A DNA stretch of 64,000 nucleotides from positions 3,587-67,586 of the forward strand of contig JAFWZX010000033.1 in NCBI GenBank assembly GCA_017517275.1, given 5' to 3'. Position 1 is the stretch's first letter. Every line of letters begins with the position of its first letter. Shown piece after piece: positions 1 to 8,927 of the stretch. The notes below the pieces were generated by a model that did not search any database, had not been told where the DNA came from, and was given only the letters and a program-made list of their open reading frames with translations. Made by a program: the position numbers and the translations under genes. The DNA is from Clostridia bacterium (GTDB taxonomy: Bacteria > Bacillota > Clostridia > UBA1212 > UBA1255).

Positions 1-549
1 ACGGTAGAGGGTGAACTTGGCCGTCTTGCAGGTATTGAGGACGCTGTTAACGTAAGCGATGAAGATGCTTCATATACAAAGCCTTCTCAGGTTCAGGAAT
101 TCGTAGAGAAGACAGGTGTTGATTCACTTGCTATCGCTATCGGCACAAGCCACGGTGCATATAAATTCAAACCCGGTCAGAAGCCTCAGCTTAGATTTGA
201 TATCCTTCAGGAAGTTGAAGAGAGACTTCCCGGTTTCCCGATCGTTCTCCACGGTGCATCATCAGTTATTCCTGAGTACGTTGATCTTATCAATAAATAT
301 GGCGGCGCTATGCCTGATGCCATCGGTATTCCGGAAGATATGCTCAGAAAGGCAGCTTCTATGGCAGTATGTAAGATTAACATCGACTCTGACCTCAGAC
401 TTGCTATGACAGCAGCTATCAGAGAACACTTTGCTAAGGAGCCTTCACACTTCGACCCCAGACAATATCTCAAGCCCGGCAGAGAATATATCAAGACACT
501 CGTTAAGCATAAGATCGTTAACGTTCTTGGTTGCGATAACAAAGCTTAA
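1..549 (+). CDS. fba: Class II fructose-1,6-bisphosphate aldolase, C-terminal part (5' end cut by window)
   Basis: Frame 1 is open from nt 1 and reads TVEGELGRLAGIED...AIAIGTSHGAYKF...PIVLHGASS...CKINIDSDLRLA...HFDPRQYL, typical of class II FBA. Stop TAA at 547-549. Confidence 0.85.
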   Translation, partial: TVEGELGRLAGIEDAVNVSDEDASYTKPSQVQEFVEKTGVDSLAIAIGTSHGAYKFKPGQKPQLRFDILQEVEERLPGFPIVLHGASSVIPEYVDLINKYGGAMPDAIGIPEDMLRKAASMAVCKINIDSDLRLAMTAAIREHFAKEPSHFDPRQYLKPGREYIKTLVKHKIVNVLGCDNKA

Positions 550-577
550 TTAGTTTTTACAGAAAGGTGACAAACCA

Positions 578-1807
578 ATGAGTGAATTAATAGGTGCTGC
601 AATATTCGGTCAGTCAGGTGGACCTACCACAGTAATCAATAGTAGTGCTGCAGGCGTTATCCAGACAGCTCTAAAGCAGGGTTGTATCACAAAGATGTAT
701 GGCGCAGCTCATGGTATCCGCGGTATGCTTGATGAGGAATTCTACGATATGTCCAAAGAAGATCCATATGAGCTCGATCTTCTCAAGACAACTCCATCCT
801 CAGCTCTCGGTTCAGTAAGATATAAGCTTAAGGATGCAGATGAGGATCCTACTGATTATCTTAGATTGCTGGAAGTTTTCAAAAAATATAACATCAGATA
901 TTTCTTCTATAATGGCGGTAATGACTCTATGGATACTTGTAACAAGATCAGCAAGTTTATGCAGAAGTCCGGCTATGAAATGAGAGTTATGGGTGTTCCA
1001 AAGACGATTGATAACGATCTTTTCGGAACAGACCATTGCCCGGGTTATGGTAGTGCAGCTAAATATGTTGCAACTTCTACTATGGAAGTTTATCACGATG
1101 CAAGAGTATACGACACAGGTATGGTAACAGTACTTGAAGTTATGGGTAGACATGCAGGTTGGCTCACAGCTGCTACTGCATTGGCTGCATATAAGGGACA
1201 AGGTCCTGATCTTATTTATGTTCCTGAGCTTCCTTTTAACCTTGAACAGTTTATCAGTGACGTTAAGAGAGTATACGAAAAGAACGGTAAGGTTATCGTA
1301 GCTGTTTCTGAAGGTGCTCAGTATGCTGACGGAAGATTCGTTGCTGACAGCGGTGTAAGAGATGCCTTTGGTCATGCTCAGCTCGGCGGCGTTGCTACTA
1401 CACTTGCTAACATTGCAAAAGAACAGATCGGCTGCAAAGTTAGAGGTATCGAATTCAGCTTGTTGCAGAGATGCGCTTCACATTGCGCGTCACTTAATGA
1501 CGTTAATGAAGCTTATATGGCAGGCGAGACTGCAGTTCTCAAAGCTGTTGAGGGCTACACAGACTACTGTATCGGTTTTGACCGTCAGACAGGTGCGAAC
1601 GGCGAGTACGTATGTGCTCCTAAGCTTATTCCGCTTAGTGATATTGCTAATACAGAACGCAAGCTCCCGCGCGAATGGATCAATGCAGAGGGTAACTTTG
1701 TAACCCAAGAGTATATTGATTATGCTCTCCCGCTTATCCAAGGAGAGTCTTGTCCTCCTATCGTTGACGGACTTCCAAGATTTGCAAAACTTGCTAAGAT
1801 TAAATAA
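578..1807 (+). CDS. pfp: 6-phosphofructokinase, PfkA family, probably pyrophosphate-dependent
   Basis: 409 aa with GGPTTVIN, FFYNGGNDSMDT, MGVPKTIDNDL and MGRHAGW motifs. It has Asp in GGxDS and Lys in PKTIDND, the discriminator positions. RBS AAAGGTGA lies 7 nt upstream of the ATG. Confidence 0.85.
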   Translation: MSELIGAAIFGQSGGPTTVINSSAAGVIQTALKQGCITKMYGAAHGIRGMLDEEFYDMSKEDPYELDLLKTTPSSALGSVRYKLKDADEDPTDYLRLLEVFKKYNIRYFFYNGGNDSMDTCNKISKFMQKSGYEMRVMGVPKTIDNDLFGTDHCPGYGSAAKYVATSTMEVYHDARVYDTGMVTVLEVMGRHAGWLTAATALAAYKGQGPDLIYVPELPFNLEQFISDVKRVYEKNGKVIVAVSEGAQYADGRFVADSGVRDAFGHAQLGGVATTLANIAKEQIGCKVRGIEFSLLQRCASHCASLNDVNEAYMAGETAVLKAVEGYTDYCIGFDRQTGANGEYVCAPKLIPLSDIANTERKLPREWINAEGNFVTQEYIDYALPLIQGESCPPIVDGLPRFAKLAKIK

Positions 1808-1835
1808 TTTGCAGTTATTTGTAAAAGCTATCCCA

Positions 1836-1875
1836 AGCCCGGTAAATTGTTTATCGGGCTTGATTTTTGTTTTAT
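1836..1875 (+). terminator. Intrinsic terminator after pfk
   Basis: AGCCCG-13 nt loop-CGGGCT hairpin followed by TGATTTTTGTTTT. Confidence 0.6.
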
Positions 1876-1906
1876 TGCTTTTAAAATTAGAAAAATGTAA
1901 ATGTAA

Positions 1907-1935
1907 TTGCATTCCAAGACAAACTGCAGTATAAT
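1907..1935 (+). promoter_or_regulatory. Sigma-A-like promoter for the TPP riboswitch transcript
   Basis: TTGCAT (1907-1912), 17 nt spacer, TATAAT (1930-1935), about 10 nt upstream of the riboswitch. Confidence 0.45.
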
Positions 1936-1944
1936 ACTGGACGG

Positions 1945-2040
1945 AACAAAACAGGGGAGCTTGTATCAGCAGGCTGAGAGGAAGTAAGTCAACTTCGACC
2001 CTATAACCTGATGCGGATAATGCCGCCGTAGGAAGTCATA
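1945..2040 (+). promoter_or_regulatory. TPP (THI-box) riboswitch
   Basis: Reads CAGGGGAGC...GCTGAGAGG...ACCCTATAACCTGATGCGGATAATGCCGCCGTAGGAAG, which matches the conserved THI-element core (GGGGAGC / CTGAGA / ACCTGAT..GGATAATGCC..GTAGGGAA). Confidence 0.85.
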
Positions 2041-2053
2041 ATGTTGGTTTTTT

Positions 2054-2094
2054 ACAGGAGGCAGACCGATATAGGTTGTTTCCTGTTTTTGTTT
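2054..2094 (+). terminator. Riboswitch expression-platform terminator
   Basis: ACAGGA...TCCTGT hairpin (2054-2086) followed by TTTTTGTTT, located between the aptamer and the RBS GGAGG at 2111. Confidence 0.5.
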
Positions 2095-2121
2095 AATAGG
2101 AAATATAAATAGGAGGATAAA

Positions 2122-2418
2122 ATGAGCGCAAGTATAGCTATTCAGGTTTTACCGCAGGTAGAAACGGATTCAGAAGTTTGCCGCATTGTTGACGATGTGA
2201 TTGCCTATATTAAAGACACCGGATACACATATCAAGTGGCAGCATTTGAAACAACAATTGAAGGTGACAATTATGATGAATTGATGGAGATTGCAAAAGA
2301 ATGTTTGAAGGTGGCAATAAAATCAGGTGCCCCGAAGGTTTCTGCGTATATCAAGGCAGTATATTGCCCTGATGGCGACATTCTGACAATTGAACAAAAG
2401 ACAGGCAAGTACAGATAA
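2122..2418 (+). CDS. MTH1187/YkoF-family thiamine-binding protein (single ACT-like domain)
   Basis: 98 aa starting MSASIAIQVLPQ...VDDVIAYIK.TG..Y.V.AFETTIEG, typical of the UPF0045/MTH1187 family. It lies directly behind the TPP riboswitch. RBS GGAGG. Confidence 0.75.
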   Translation: MSASIAIQVLPQVETDSEVCRIVDDVIAYIKDTGYTYQVAAFETTIEGDNYDELMEIAKECLKVAIKSGAPKVSAYIKAVYCPDGDILTIEQKTGKYR

Positions 2419-2493
2419 ACCCGACTTCGTCGGAAGCTCCATCCCGGAGGGAGCCTTGGATACAAGATAATGGTTATCGAACAGAATAAAACG

Positions 2494-2531
2494 AACCCCG
2501 ACAGATTCCTGTCGGGGTTAATCTTTGTTTT
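2494..2531. terminator. Bidirectional terminator between convergent genes
   Basis: AACCCCGAC-8 nt loop-GTCGGGGTT hairpin with T-rich tracts on both strands. Confidence 0.65.
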
Positions 2532-2559
2532 GCAGCCCTTTTTACTAATAAACAGCACT

Positions 2560-3375
2560 TTATTTTTTCTCGCCGATAATATGAACATCCATTTGCGGGA
2601 AAGGAATTTTAATATCATTTTCATCAAATGCGTACTTTGTAGCCTCTGCTAAAGCATTATAAACATCCCAATAATCTCCGTTTTTACACCAAACACGAAG
2701 AGTAAAGTCTAAAGAACTTTCTCCTTTATTTGACAACACGCATGCGGCAGCAGGATCTTTAAGAACTTTCTCATTCTTATTAGCCAGGCTAAGAACTAAT
2801 TTCCTTACTTCATTGATATCAGTATCATATGAAACAGACAGCGGAATATCGACACGACGTAAATCTTTTTCTGAATAGTTTACGATAGCCGCGTTAGAAA
2901 GGCCTCCGTTGGGGAGCATAACGCTCTTATTGTCAGGTGTAATTATTTTTGTGTAGAAAATTGATACATCTTCTACAGTGCCGGAATATCCGTTGCCCTC
3001 TATAAAGTCACCGATTTTAAAGGGGTGAAAGGCAATAATCATAATGCCGCCTGCTAAATTTGCCAAAGAACCCTGCAAAGCCAAGCCGATGGCAACACCT
3101 GCAGATGTAAGCACTGCCATGAATGACGTAGCAGGAACGCCAACGTAAATCGCAATACTGATTAAAATAAATGAATAAAGAACAACTTTGAGAATGTTAA
3201 CAAGGAAATTCGCAAGGGAAGTATCCATTCTTGTGAAAAGCTTTGTCTTTCTTACAAGCTTAAGCATCCATTTTGCAACTTTAAAACCGACAAAAAGCAT
3301 TATAAGTGCAAATATAATTTTAATGCCTATTGATGTTGCAAGGTCAAATAAAAAATTCAAAAATTTTTCTAACAT
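2560..3375 (-). CDS. Small-conductance mechanosensitive channel (MscS family)
   Basis: 271 aa with N-terminal TM helices, then a ...GGIMIIAFHPFKIGDFIE...GTVEDVSIFYTKI...DN..V.LPNG core typical of MscS. RBS GAAGGA. Confidence 0.85.
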   Translation of the reverse strand: MLEKFLNFLFDLATSIGIKIIFALIMLFVGFKVAKWMLKLVRKTKLFTRMDTSLANFLVNILKVVLYSFILISIAIYVGVPATSFMAVLTSAGVAIGLALQGSLANLAGGIMIIAFHPFKIGDFIEGNGYSGTVEDVSIFYTKIITPDNKSVMLPNGGLSNAAIVNYSEKDLRRVDIPLSVSYDTDINEVRKLVLSLANKNEKVLKDPAAACVLSNKGESSLDFTLRVWCKNGDYWDVYNALAEATKYAFDENDIKIPFPQMDVHIIGEKK

Positions 3376-3426
3376 TTTTTATCCTTCTTCCTGATAGTAA
3401 AATATATGAAAAGTGATTAATAGTAA

Positions 3427-5172
3427 TCACAGATCAACAAAATTTCCAAGACTGCCTTCAATTTGTTTTTTTATCTCGGCTCTTTTAATTTTAATACCGT
3501 TTGCAAGCGGAAGGCTGTCGCTTGTAATAAGTATTCTTGACAGTTTCTTGAATACAGGAAGCCTGTTATTTCGCTCTTTTATCTGTCCTGTCAAGCGAGC
3601 AAGATATTCCTTGTCGCTTATGTCATTTGAAGTCTGCATAACTAAGGTGATATCTTCATATTTATTTCCGTTACCCTTAGAAATGCCAAGAACAGTAAAC
3701 TGAGAAACACCTTCGAGTTCTGTGAAAAAGTCTTCAATTTCATCAGGATAAACATTCTCACCGGATTCGTTTACAATAACTTCCTTAAGACGGCCTTCGA
3801 TGTAGAGCGCGCCGTCTTCCAAACGACCGATGTCGCCTGTCTGAAACCAGCCCTCTTCGTTGAGCGCGGTAGGGAGTACTTCGCCGTTCTTAACTACTCC
3901 GCTGTGAAGTGATTTACCCCGGATTTGGAGTTCGCCTACGTCGGGATTGGAGGAATCCATAGGAACAATTCTATAATCAATACAGCTAACAGGTGCACCT
4001 ACACGACTTGCAAGACGCTTCTTGAGGCTCTTGTTTCGTTCCATAGAGCTGATTCCTGTCTCTGTCATACCAAAGCCGCAAATTGTATAGTAGCCTATAC
4101 CACTTATTACCTTAAGTGTTTCCGGCAATAAATGTCCGCCGCCGCTTATGATAATCTCAATGCTGTCTCCGGCGAGATTACTTAAAACAGACTTCTTAAA
4201 TAACTTCTTACCAACTTTTGTACCCCAAACAGGATTGATTCTTTGGCAAAACAGACTTATTTTCAGCAAAACGTTAAACATAATGCGTTTGATTTTTTTC
4301 TCTTTCGCCAACTTTCTCTGAAGACCGTTAACGATGTTGTTAACAAGAAGCGGTACTGCTAGAATATGGGTAACCTTATGTTCTTTGCACGTTGAAAGTA
4401 ATGAAGACGGCGCTTTGTTGGGTGGGAAGACCATTGACGTTGCAAAGAATGAGTACCAAAAATAGTTGGCCATGAATCCGAAAATATGGTGAAGAGGCAA
4501 AAATGCAAGATTACGTTTTGGTCTGTCACTGCAGATAATTTCATTTTCGATGATAACTTGCCTTGCACTGAGAACCTGATGTCCCATTGCATATCCGTTA
4601 TATGTGAAAATCTTTGCAGTACTTGTAGTACCTGACGTGCAAAGAGCAATCTCGTCGCCCCAATTATACTTACGTATACGTTCGCCTGGAGTACTGTCTG
4701 TCGGAAGCGGCTGCGCAGCAATCTTCAGAATCTCTCTCTTGTCCATCTTAATTAAGTCATTTGCATTAATAATCAGGACGTTATGTACGTCGATTTCCTC
4801 TGTTGTGATCATTGCCACTGCCTTTGCCTGATCTATGAAAAACTGTGTAAGCTCCGCACCGTGTCTGAAGTCGATAAGAAAAGGCTTGTATCCTGCCATG
4901 AGAACTCCCCAGAAAAGGCCCGGCCACTCAGGTGCGTTGTCAACCTTAATTGCTACAAAACCTTTGCTTGAATCGCCTAATTTGTCGATAAGCTTGTTTG
5001 CGATATGTGTTACGACGTTCTCGAATTGTGCATATGTGATGATTTTAATCTCTTTATCTAAAGTATATTGAATAGATGGCTTGTCGCCGTGGTTACAATA
5101 AATATCGAAAATGTTCACGTATGACAGTTCTTTTTCCATCTTATCCAGACATTGAAGACAGTAATCAATCAT
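3427..5172 (-). CDS. AMP-dependent acyl-CoA synthetase/ligase (long-chain fatty acid CoA ligase-like)
   Basis: Adenylate-forming motifs LCTSGTTSTAK, GFGMTE, FQTGDIG, GRLKEVIV and NGIKIKR. The start is moved to MIDYCLQ (5172) because GGAGGT lies 8 nt upstream. The ORF-track extension to 5298 has no RBS. Confidence 0.8.
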   Translation of the reverse strand: MIDYCLQCLDKMEKELSYVNIFDIYCNHGDKPSIQYTLDKEIKIITYAQFENVVTHIANKLIDKLGDSSKGFVAIKVDNAPEWPGLFWGVLMAGYKPFLIDFRHGAELTQFFIDQAKAVAMITTEEIDVHNVLIINANDLIKMDKREILKIAAQPLPTDSTPGERIRKYNWGDEIALCTSGTTSTAKIFTYNGYAMGHQVLSARQVIIENEIICSDRPKRNLAFLPLHHIFGFMANYFWYSFFATSMVFPPNKAPSSLLSTCKEHKVTHILAVPLLVNNIVNGLQRKLAKEKKIKRIMFNVLLKISLFCQRINPVWGTKVGKKLFKKSVLSNLAGDSIEIIISGGGHLLPETLKVISGIGYYTICGFGMTETGISSMERNKSLKKRLASRVGAPVSCIDYRIVPMDSSNPDVGELQIRGKSLHSGVVKNGEVLPTALNEEGWFQTGDIGRLEDGALYIEGRLKEVIVNESGENVYPDEIEDFFTELEGVSQFTVLGISKGNGNKYEDITLVMQTSNDISDKEYLARLTGQIKERNNRLPVFKKLSRILITSDSLPLANGIKIKRAEIKKQIEGSLGNFVDL

Positions 5173-5325
5173 GTGGGTTACCTCCATTTTGATGTATAAG
5201 TAATCTTTATAAGTATAGCATGAAATCATCGTGTTCGCAAATTTTTCACAGATGCAATAGTTGATAAACCTGGCTGATATGATATAATTGAACAACATTA
5301 TTTATGAGAAAAGGCTGAAGAATAT

Positions 5326-5508
5326 ATGGCGGATACGGCTGAATGTGACAGATGCATGTATTATGAATATGATGAAGAATATGAATGCTACGTATGTAGT
5401 GTCTATATGGATGAAGATGAGATGGCACGTTTTATGCAACGTAAGAATAAAAAGTGTCCTTACTTTAGACAAGGTGATGAATATCAAATCGTAAAAAAAC
5501 AAATATAA
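5326..5508 (+). CDS. Small acidic Cys-rich protein (CxxC-x10-CxxC...C; resembles the clostridial DUF6472-type family from memory)
   Basis: 60 aa: MADTAECDRCMYYEYDEEYECYVCSVYMDEDEMARFMQRKNKKCPYFRQGDEY. The composition is protein-like. The RBS is weak. Confidence 0.55.
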   Translation: MADTAECDRCMYYEYDEEYECYVCSVYMDEDEMARFMQRKNKKCPYFRQGDEYQIVKKQI

Positions 5509-5528
5509 AAAGATAGGTGATATTAAAA

Positions 5529-6821
5529 ATGAAACGATTTATAACGTTGTTATTATTGCTATCGTGTGTGTGCATGGTAGCCTGCGGCGGACATACAGTC
5601 ACAAATGACCAGAATACTCCGTCCCCGATAACACCGACGAGGACTCCGGAAGAAAACAATAAATATATAGAGGCGATGAAAGATATGAAAAATGAATACT
5701 CGGATTATATCAACTATAGAGAATATCTTTGGAAGACTAATAAAAAGATAACGGAGGATAAAGAGCTTAAGGTTCTTTTTTTCGGCGGCTCACTGACTGC
5801 CGGACACGGAGCATCTGATAAAGAGGTTTTCTCATGGAGGGCAAAGGCCTGTGACTGGTTTACAAAGAATTTTCCGGATGTAAATTTCGAATTTATTAAT
5901 CGGGCGGTAGGCGAATCCGGAACATTTCTGGGAACATACAGATTGCAACTTGACGTAATTGAGCCGGCACCGGATTTGATTTTCCTTGAGTATGCAATTA
6001 ATGATAAGTATTTTAAGTCTACGTATGATGAGACTGCCTCCAGATGTGAGACAATTATCAGAGAGGTACGCAATGCTTTGCCGGATACTGAGATAATAGT
6101 ATTAATTACGTCTGACATTGGCTGCTTCGGTGTCAATAAAGAAGGGAAGCTTCATGCTCAAGGTCAGGCTCATGAGGATATTGCCGCAGCCTATAATATA
6201 TCTACACTCCATATAGGCAGATTAATTGCAAAAGAGTCGGGCTTTTCTGCAGATGTTTTCAGATCGGATTATGCAATAGATATTGTACATCCCAACGATG
6301 CAGGATATGCAATTTATTATAACTGTGTAGAAGAATATTTAGAAAACAGTTTAAAAAATACTGATTTTTCAAAAGTTGAAAAAAAAGAGCCGGAGAAAAT
6401 TCCGCAAATTTGTAAAAGCCTTTTTGACGGTAACCGGACTCACATTCAGCCTACTTTCGAACTTTTAGAAAGCTCAGAAGCTTTAGGCGGAAGTGGAGTT
6501 GTATTTGAGGAACGTGCATATACTGCTAATTCTTATTCAAACGGAGTATATAAGATGAGCGGAACGGAGGACGTTTTTGCCTTTTCCTTTACAGGTACTG
6601 AAGCTGCTATGTGGTGCACTCTTAAGAACAAAGAGTATCTGATATCTGTAGACGGTGCAGAGTACGTGGTGCAAACTACCACGGAGCACGCTCCTGCAGT
6701 TCTTGTCAAGAATCTGGAAAGCAAAGAGCACGTTATCAAAATAAAGCTTGCAGATGACGGTACGTCTATGACAATCGGATCGATTTTCACAAGAGATGAT
6801 TCTCTTGCTACAAAGAAGTAA
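5529..6821 (+). CDS. SGNH/GDSL-family hydrolase lipoprotein
   Basis: Signal peptide with lipobox (LLLLSCVCMVAC-GG), block I FFGGSLTAGHG, and block V DIVHPNDAGY. The ATG at 5529 is preceded by AGGTGA; the ORF-track GTG at 5517 is less likely. Confidence 0.75.
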   Translation: MKRFITLLLLLSCVCMVACGGHTVTNDQNTPSPITPTRTPEENNKYIEAMKDMKNEYSDYINYREYLWKTNKKITEDKELKVLFFGGSLTAGHGASDKEVFSWRAKACDWFTKNFPDVNFEFINRAVGESGTFLGTYRLQLDVIEPAPDLIFLEYAINDKYFKSTYDETASRCETIIREVRNALPDTEIIVLITSDIGCFGVNKEGKLHAQGQAHEDIAAAYNISTLHIGRLIAKESGFSADVFRSDYAIDIVHPNDAGYAIYYNCVEEYLENSLKNTDFSKVEKKEPEKIPQICKSLFDGNRTHIQPTFELLESSEALGGSGVVFEERAYTANSYSNGVYKMSGTEDVFAFSFTGTEAAMWCTLKNKEYLISVDGAEYVVQTTTEHAPAVLVKNLESKEHVIKIKLADDGTSMTIGSIFTRDDSLATKK

Positions 6822-6892
6822 TTAAAAGCCATTATCCGATTTGCTTGCAAAGCAATAGTTGATATATAATCAAAGAAAAAACGGAGGAAATT

Positions 6893-7636
6893 ATGTTACA
6901 AGATTTACACTCACATACATATTATTCATTTTGCGGAGCAGACACGCCGGAACAGGTAGTAGAGGCTGCTATAAATGGCGGAATTGAACTTCTGGGAATC
7001 ACAGACCATCACTATGGAATCGGGAATGCCAGAATAGACGTTTATTTGTCAAATAGTGATCAAATTAAGGAAGATTACGGCAGAACACTGCAACGTTATT
7101 ACGATCACATTAACTTAATCAAGGAAAAGTATGCAGACAAGATTAACGTTCTCAGAGGAATCGAAATATGTACTGTTAATCAAGGCAGACTTCCTCTTCC
7201 GGAAACGGCGGATATTTCTTTTTTTGATTACTGCCTTATAGAGAACCTTGACCACAAAGGCAATACAATTACAAACGGTGATTTGTTTTCTTTTGCAGAC
7301 AGATGCGGTTGTCCTTGCGGTATAGCTCATACGAACATGTTTGCTTTCATTGAATCAATTGGAGAAAAACCGCTGGATTATTTTACCAAAATGGCAGAAA
7401 AAAATATCTTTTGGGAAATGAACGTCAACCTGGATACGATTCACAAAGGAAACGTTCACGGATACATGCTTAAGTTCTTTGAAGATGAACAGCAGCAGGA
7501 GATAATCAGAAAATCAGGCGTACGCCTAAGTATCGGATTTGACGGACACAGAGTGTATGATTACAAGCCTGAGAGAATTAAAGACTATTGTCGCCGCGTT
7601 ACCGACATGGGTATCAAATTAGCATTCGAGGAATAA
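6893..7636 (+). CDS. PHP-domain (histidinol-phosphatase-like) metal-dependent phosphoesterase
   Basis: N-terminal LHSHTYYS...GITDHH motif typical of the PHP superfamily. RBS GGAGGA. Confidence 0.7.
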   Translation: MLQDLHSHTYYSFCGADTPEQVVEAAINGGIELLGITDHHYGIGNARIDVYLSNSDQIKEDYGRTLQRYYDHINLIKEKYADKINVLRGIEICTVNQGRLPLPETADISFFDYCLIENLDHKGNTITNGDLFSFADRCGCPCGIAHTNMFAFIESIGEKPLDYFTKMAEKNIFWEMNVNLDTIHKGNVHGYMLKFFEDEQQQEIIRKSGVRLSIGFDGHRVYDYKPERIKDYCRRVTDMGIKLAFEE

Positions 7637-7644
7637 GGGGTCAT

Positions 7645-8352
7645 ATGGCTATTAAGGCAGTTTTATTCGATTTAGACGCAACGCTGTTGCCTATGAATCA
7701 GGATGAATTCTTAGGTCTGTATTTTAAGCTCCTTGCAAATAGAATGGCAAGATATGGTTACGACCCTAAGGAGGTTGTTGACGGTATATGGAAGGGTAGC
7801 TATGCCATGATAAAAAATGACGGGACAGAGCTGAATGAGAAGGTTTTCTGGAAGGCCTTTGCCGCCGTTGTAGGACCGCGCGTGCTCGATGACCGATTTA
7901 TATTTGATGAGTTCTACAAAAATGAGTTTTGCCAGACAAAGCAAATTTGCGGTTACACTCCCAAGGCCGGTGAGATTGTAAAGAGACTCAAAAAGGCAGG
8001 CATTCGTGTAGTCTTAGCAACTAATCCTCTTTTTCCTGACGTTGCCACAATAAACAGAATGAAATGGGCAGGATTAGAAGAAGAGGATTTTGAGTTCTAT
8101 ACTACGTATGAAAATGTCGGATATTGTAAGCCCAACCCTAAATATTATACGTACATAGCGAATAAGCTCGGCCTTTTCCCTGAAGAATGCATAATGGTGG
8201 GCAACGACGTTAGCGACGATATGTCGGCTGCGAAAACAGGAATGCAGGTTTTTCTGCTTACAGATTGTCTTATTAATACGAAAAATGAGGATATTTCCCA
8301 ATATCCTCACGGTGATTTTGCTGCGCTTGAGAGATTTTTATTTAAAGATTAA
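7645..8352 (+). CDS. HAD-superfamily hydrolase (subfamily IA-like)
   Basis: MAIKAVLFDLDATLL (DxD motif I), ATN (motif II region) and VGNDVSDDM (motif IV). The start is chosen at 7645 behind AAGGGG; the ORF-track start at 7588 overlaps the upstream gene. Confidence 0.8.
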   Translation: MAIKAVLFDLDATLLPMNQDEFLGLYFKLLANRMARYGYDPKEVVDGIWKGSYAMIKNDGTELNEKVFWKAFAAVVGPRVLDDRFIFDEFYKNEFCQTKQICGYTPKAGEIVKRLKKAGIRVVLATNPLFPDVATINRMKWAGLEEEDFEFYTTYENVGYCKPNPKYYTYIANKLGLFPEECIMVGNDVSDDMSAAKTGMQVFLLTDCLINTKNEDISQYPHGDFAALERFLFKD

Positions 8353-8824
8353 GCTCCATTGTACTCTTAAGCACGTTAAAGCCGCAATGCTCATAGAAAG
8401 ATATAGCAGATTTATTAAAATTCCACACGTTAAGCTCAATTGAATTTGCGCCGATATTACGTCCGTGGAATTTTACTTTCTCAATAAGAAGTCTGCCTAT
8501 TCCTTGTCCGCGAGCGCTTGTATCCACACAAAGATCGTCAAGATATAATACCTTGCGGTTGCACAGCAAGATATTGTCAATTGTTTCCTTTACAATACAA
8601 AAAGCGTAGCCGTATATGCTGTCGTTTTCATCGGCTGCCACAAAGACAGGGGTATTGTCATTTGCGATGATTTTCACAAGATCATCAGATGAATATTTAC
8701 TGGAACCTTCTTCTTTGAAGATATCAGGTCTGCCGCTGTGATGTAGCTGCGCTATATATACTAAAAGTCTCATAATATCCGGAATATCTTTATAATCTGC
8801 ACCACGAATTGTAATATTTTTCAT
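8342..8824 (-). CDS. GNAT-family N-acetyltransferase
   Basis: Acetyl-CoA binding block LCVDTSARGQGIGRLLIE and C-terminal FYEHCGF. The start at MKNITIRGA is uncertain because of the long RBS spacing. Confidence 0.8.
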   Translation of the reverse strand: MKNITIRGADYKDIPDIMRLLVYIAQLHHSGRPDIFKEEGSSKYSSDDLVKIIANDNTPVFVAADENDSIYGYAFCIVKETIDNILLCNRKVLYLDDLCVDTSARGQGIGRLLIEKVKFHGRNIGANSIELNVWNFNKSAISFYEHCGFNVLKSTMELNL

Positions 8825-8927
8825 ATCTAATTTAGTTATCCTTTCAGGTTTTATGTTAGTTGTGCATTGCAAATATTAAAGGAAAACGATATAATTTTCA
8901 AGGTATATTCGATTGGAGGCTTATTTG

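Noticed and set aside
812-1375. 187-aa ORF antisense to the phosphofructokinase gene
   Set aside because: It lies wholly inside a confidently identified CDS on the other strand. Its sequence is low-complexity and Ser/Ile/Cys-rich, with no RBS. It is a typical shadow ORF.
2419-2493. Two small GC-rich hairpins right after the YkoF-like gene, considered as an additional structured RNA
   Set aside because: The stems are only 4-5 bp and match no motif I know. The real terminator is the following 9-bp hairpin at 2494.
3427-5298. ORF-track N-terminal extensions (also 7588, 8872, 8913, 17176, 22456, 29831, 33634, 33640, 36348, 57494, 63767)
   Set aside because: In each case an internal ATG or GTG is preceded by a GGAGG-like RBS at 5-10 nt and gives a canonical N-terminus or signal peptide. 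The extended start lacks an RBS or overlaps the neighbouring gene.
5246-5502. Minus-strand ORFs 5246..5428 and 5302..5502 overlapping the Cys-rich small gene
   Set aside because: Their His/Ile/Phe-rich sequences are typical of AT-rich antisense frames. The plus-strand ORF has a far more protein-like sequence with paired CxxC motifs.
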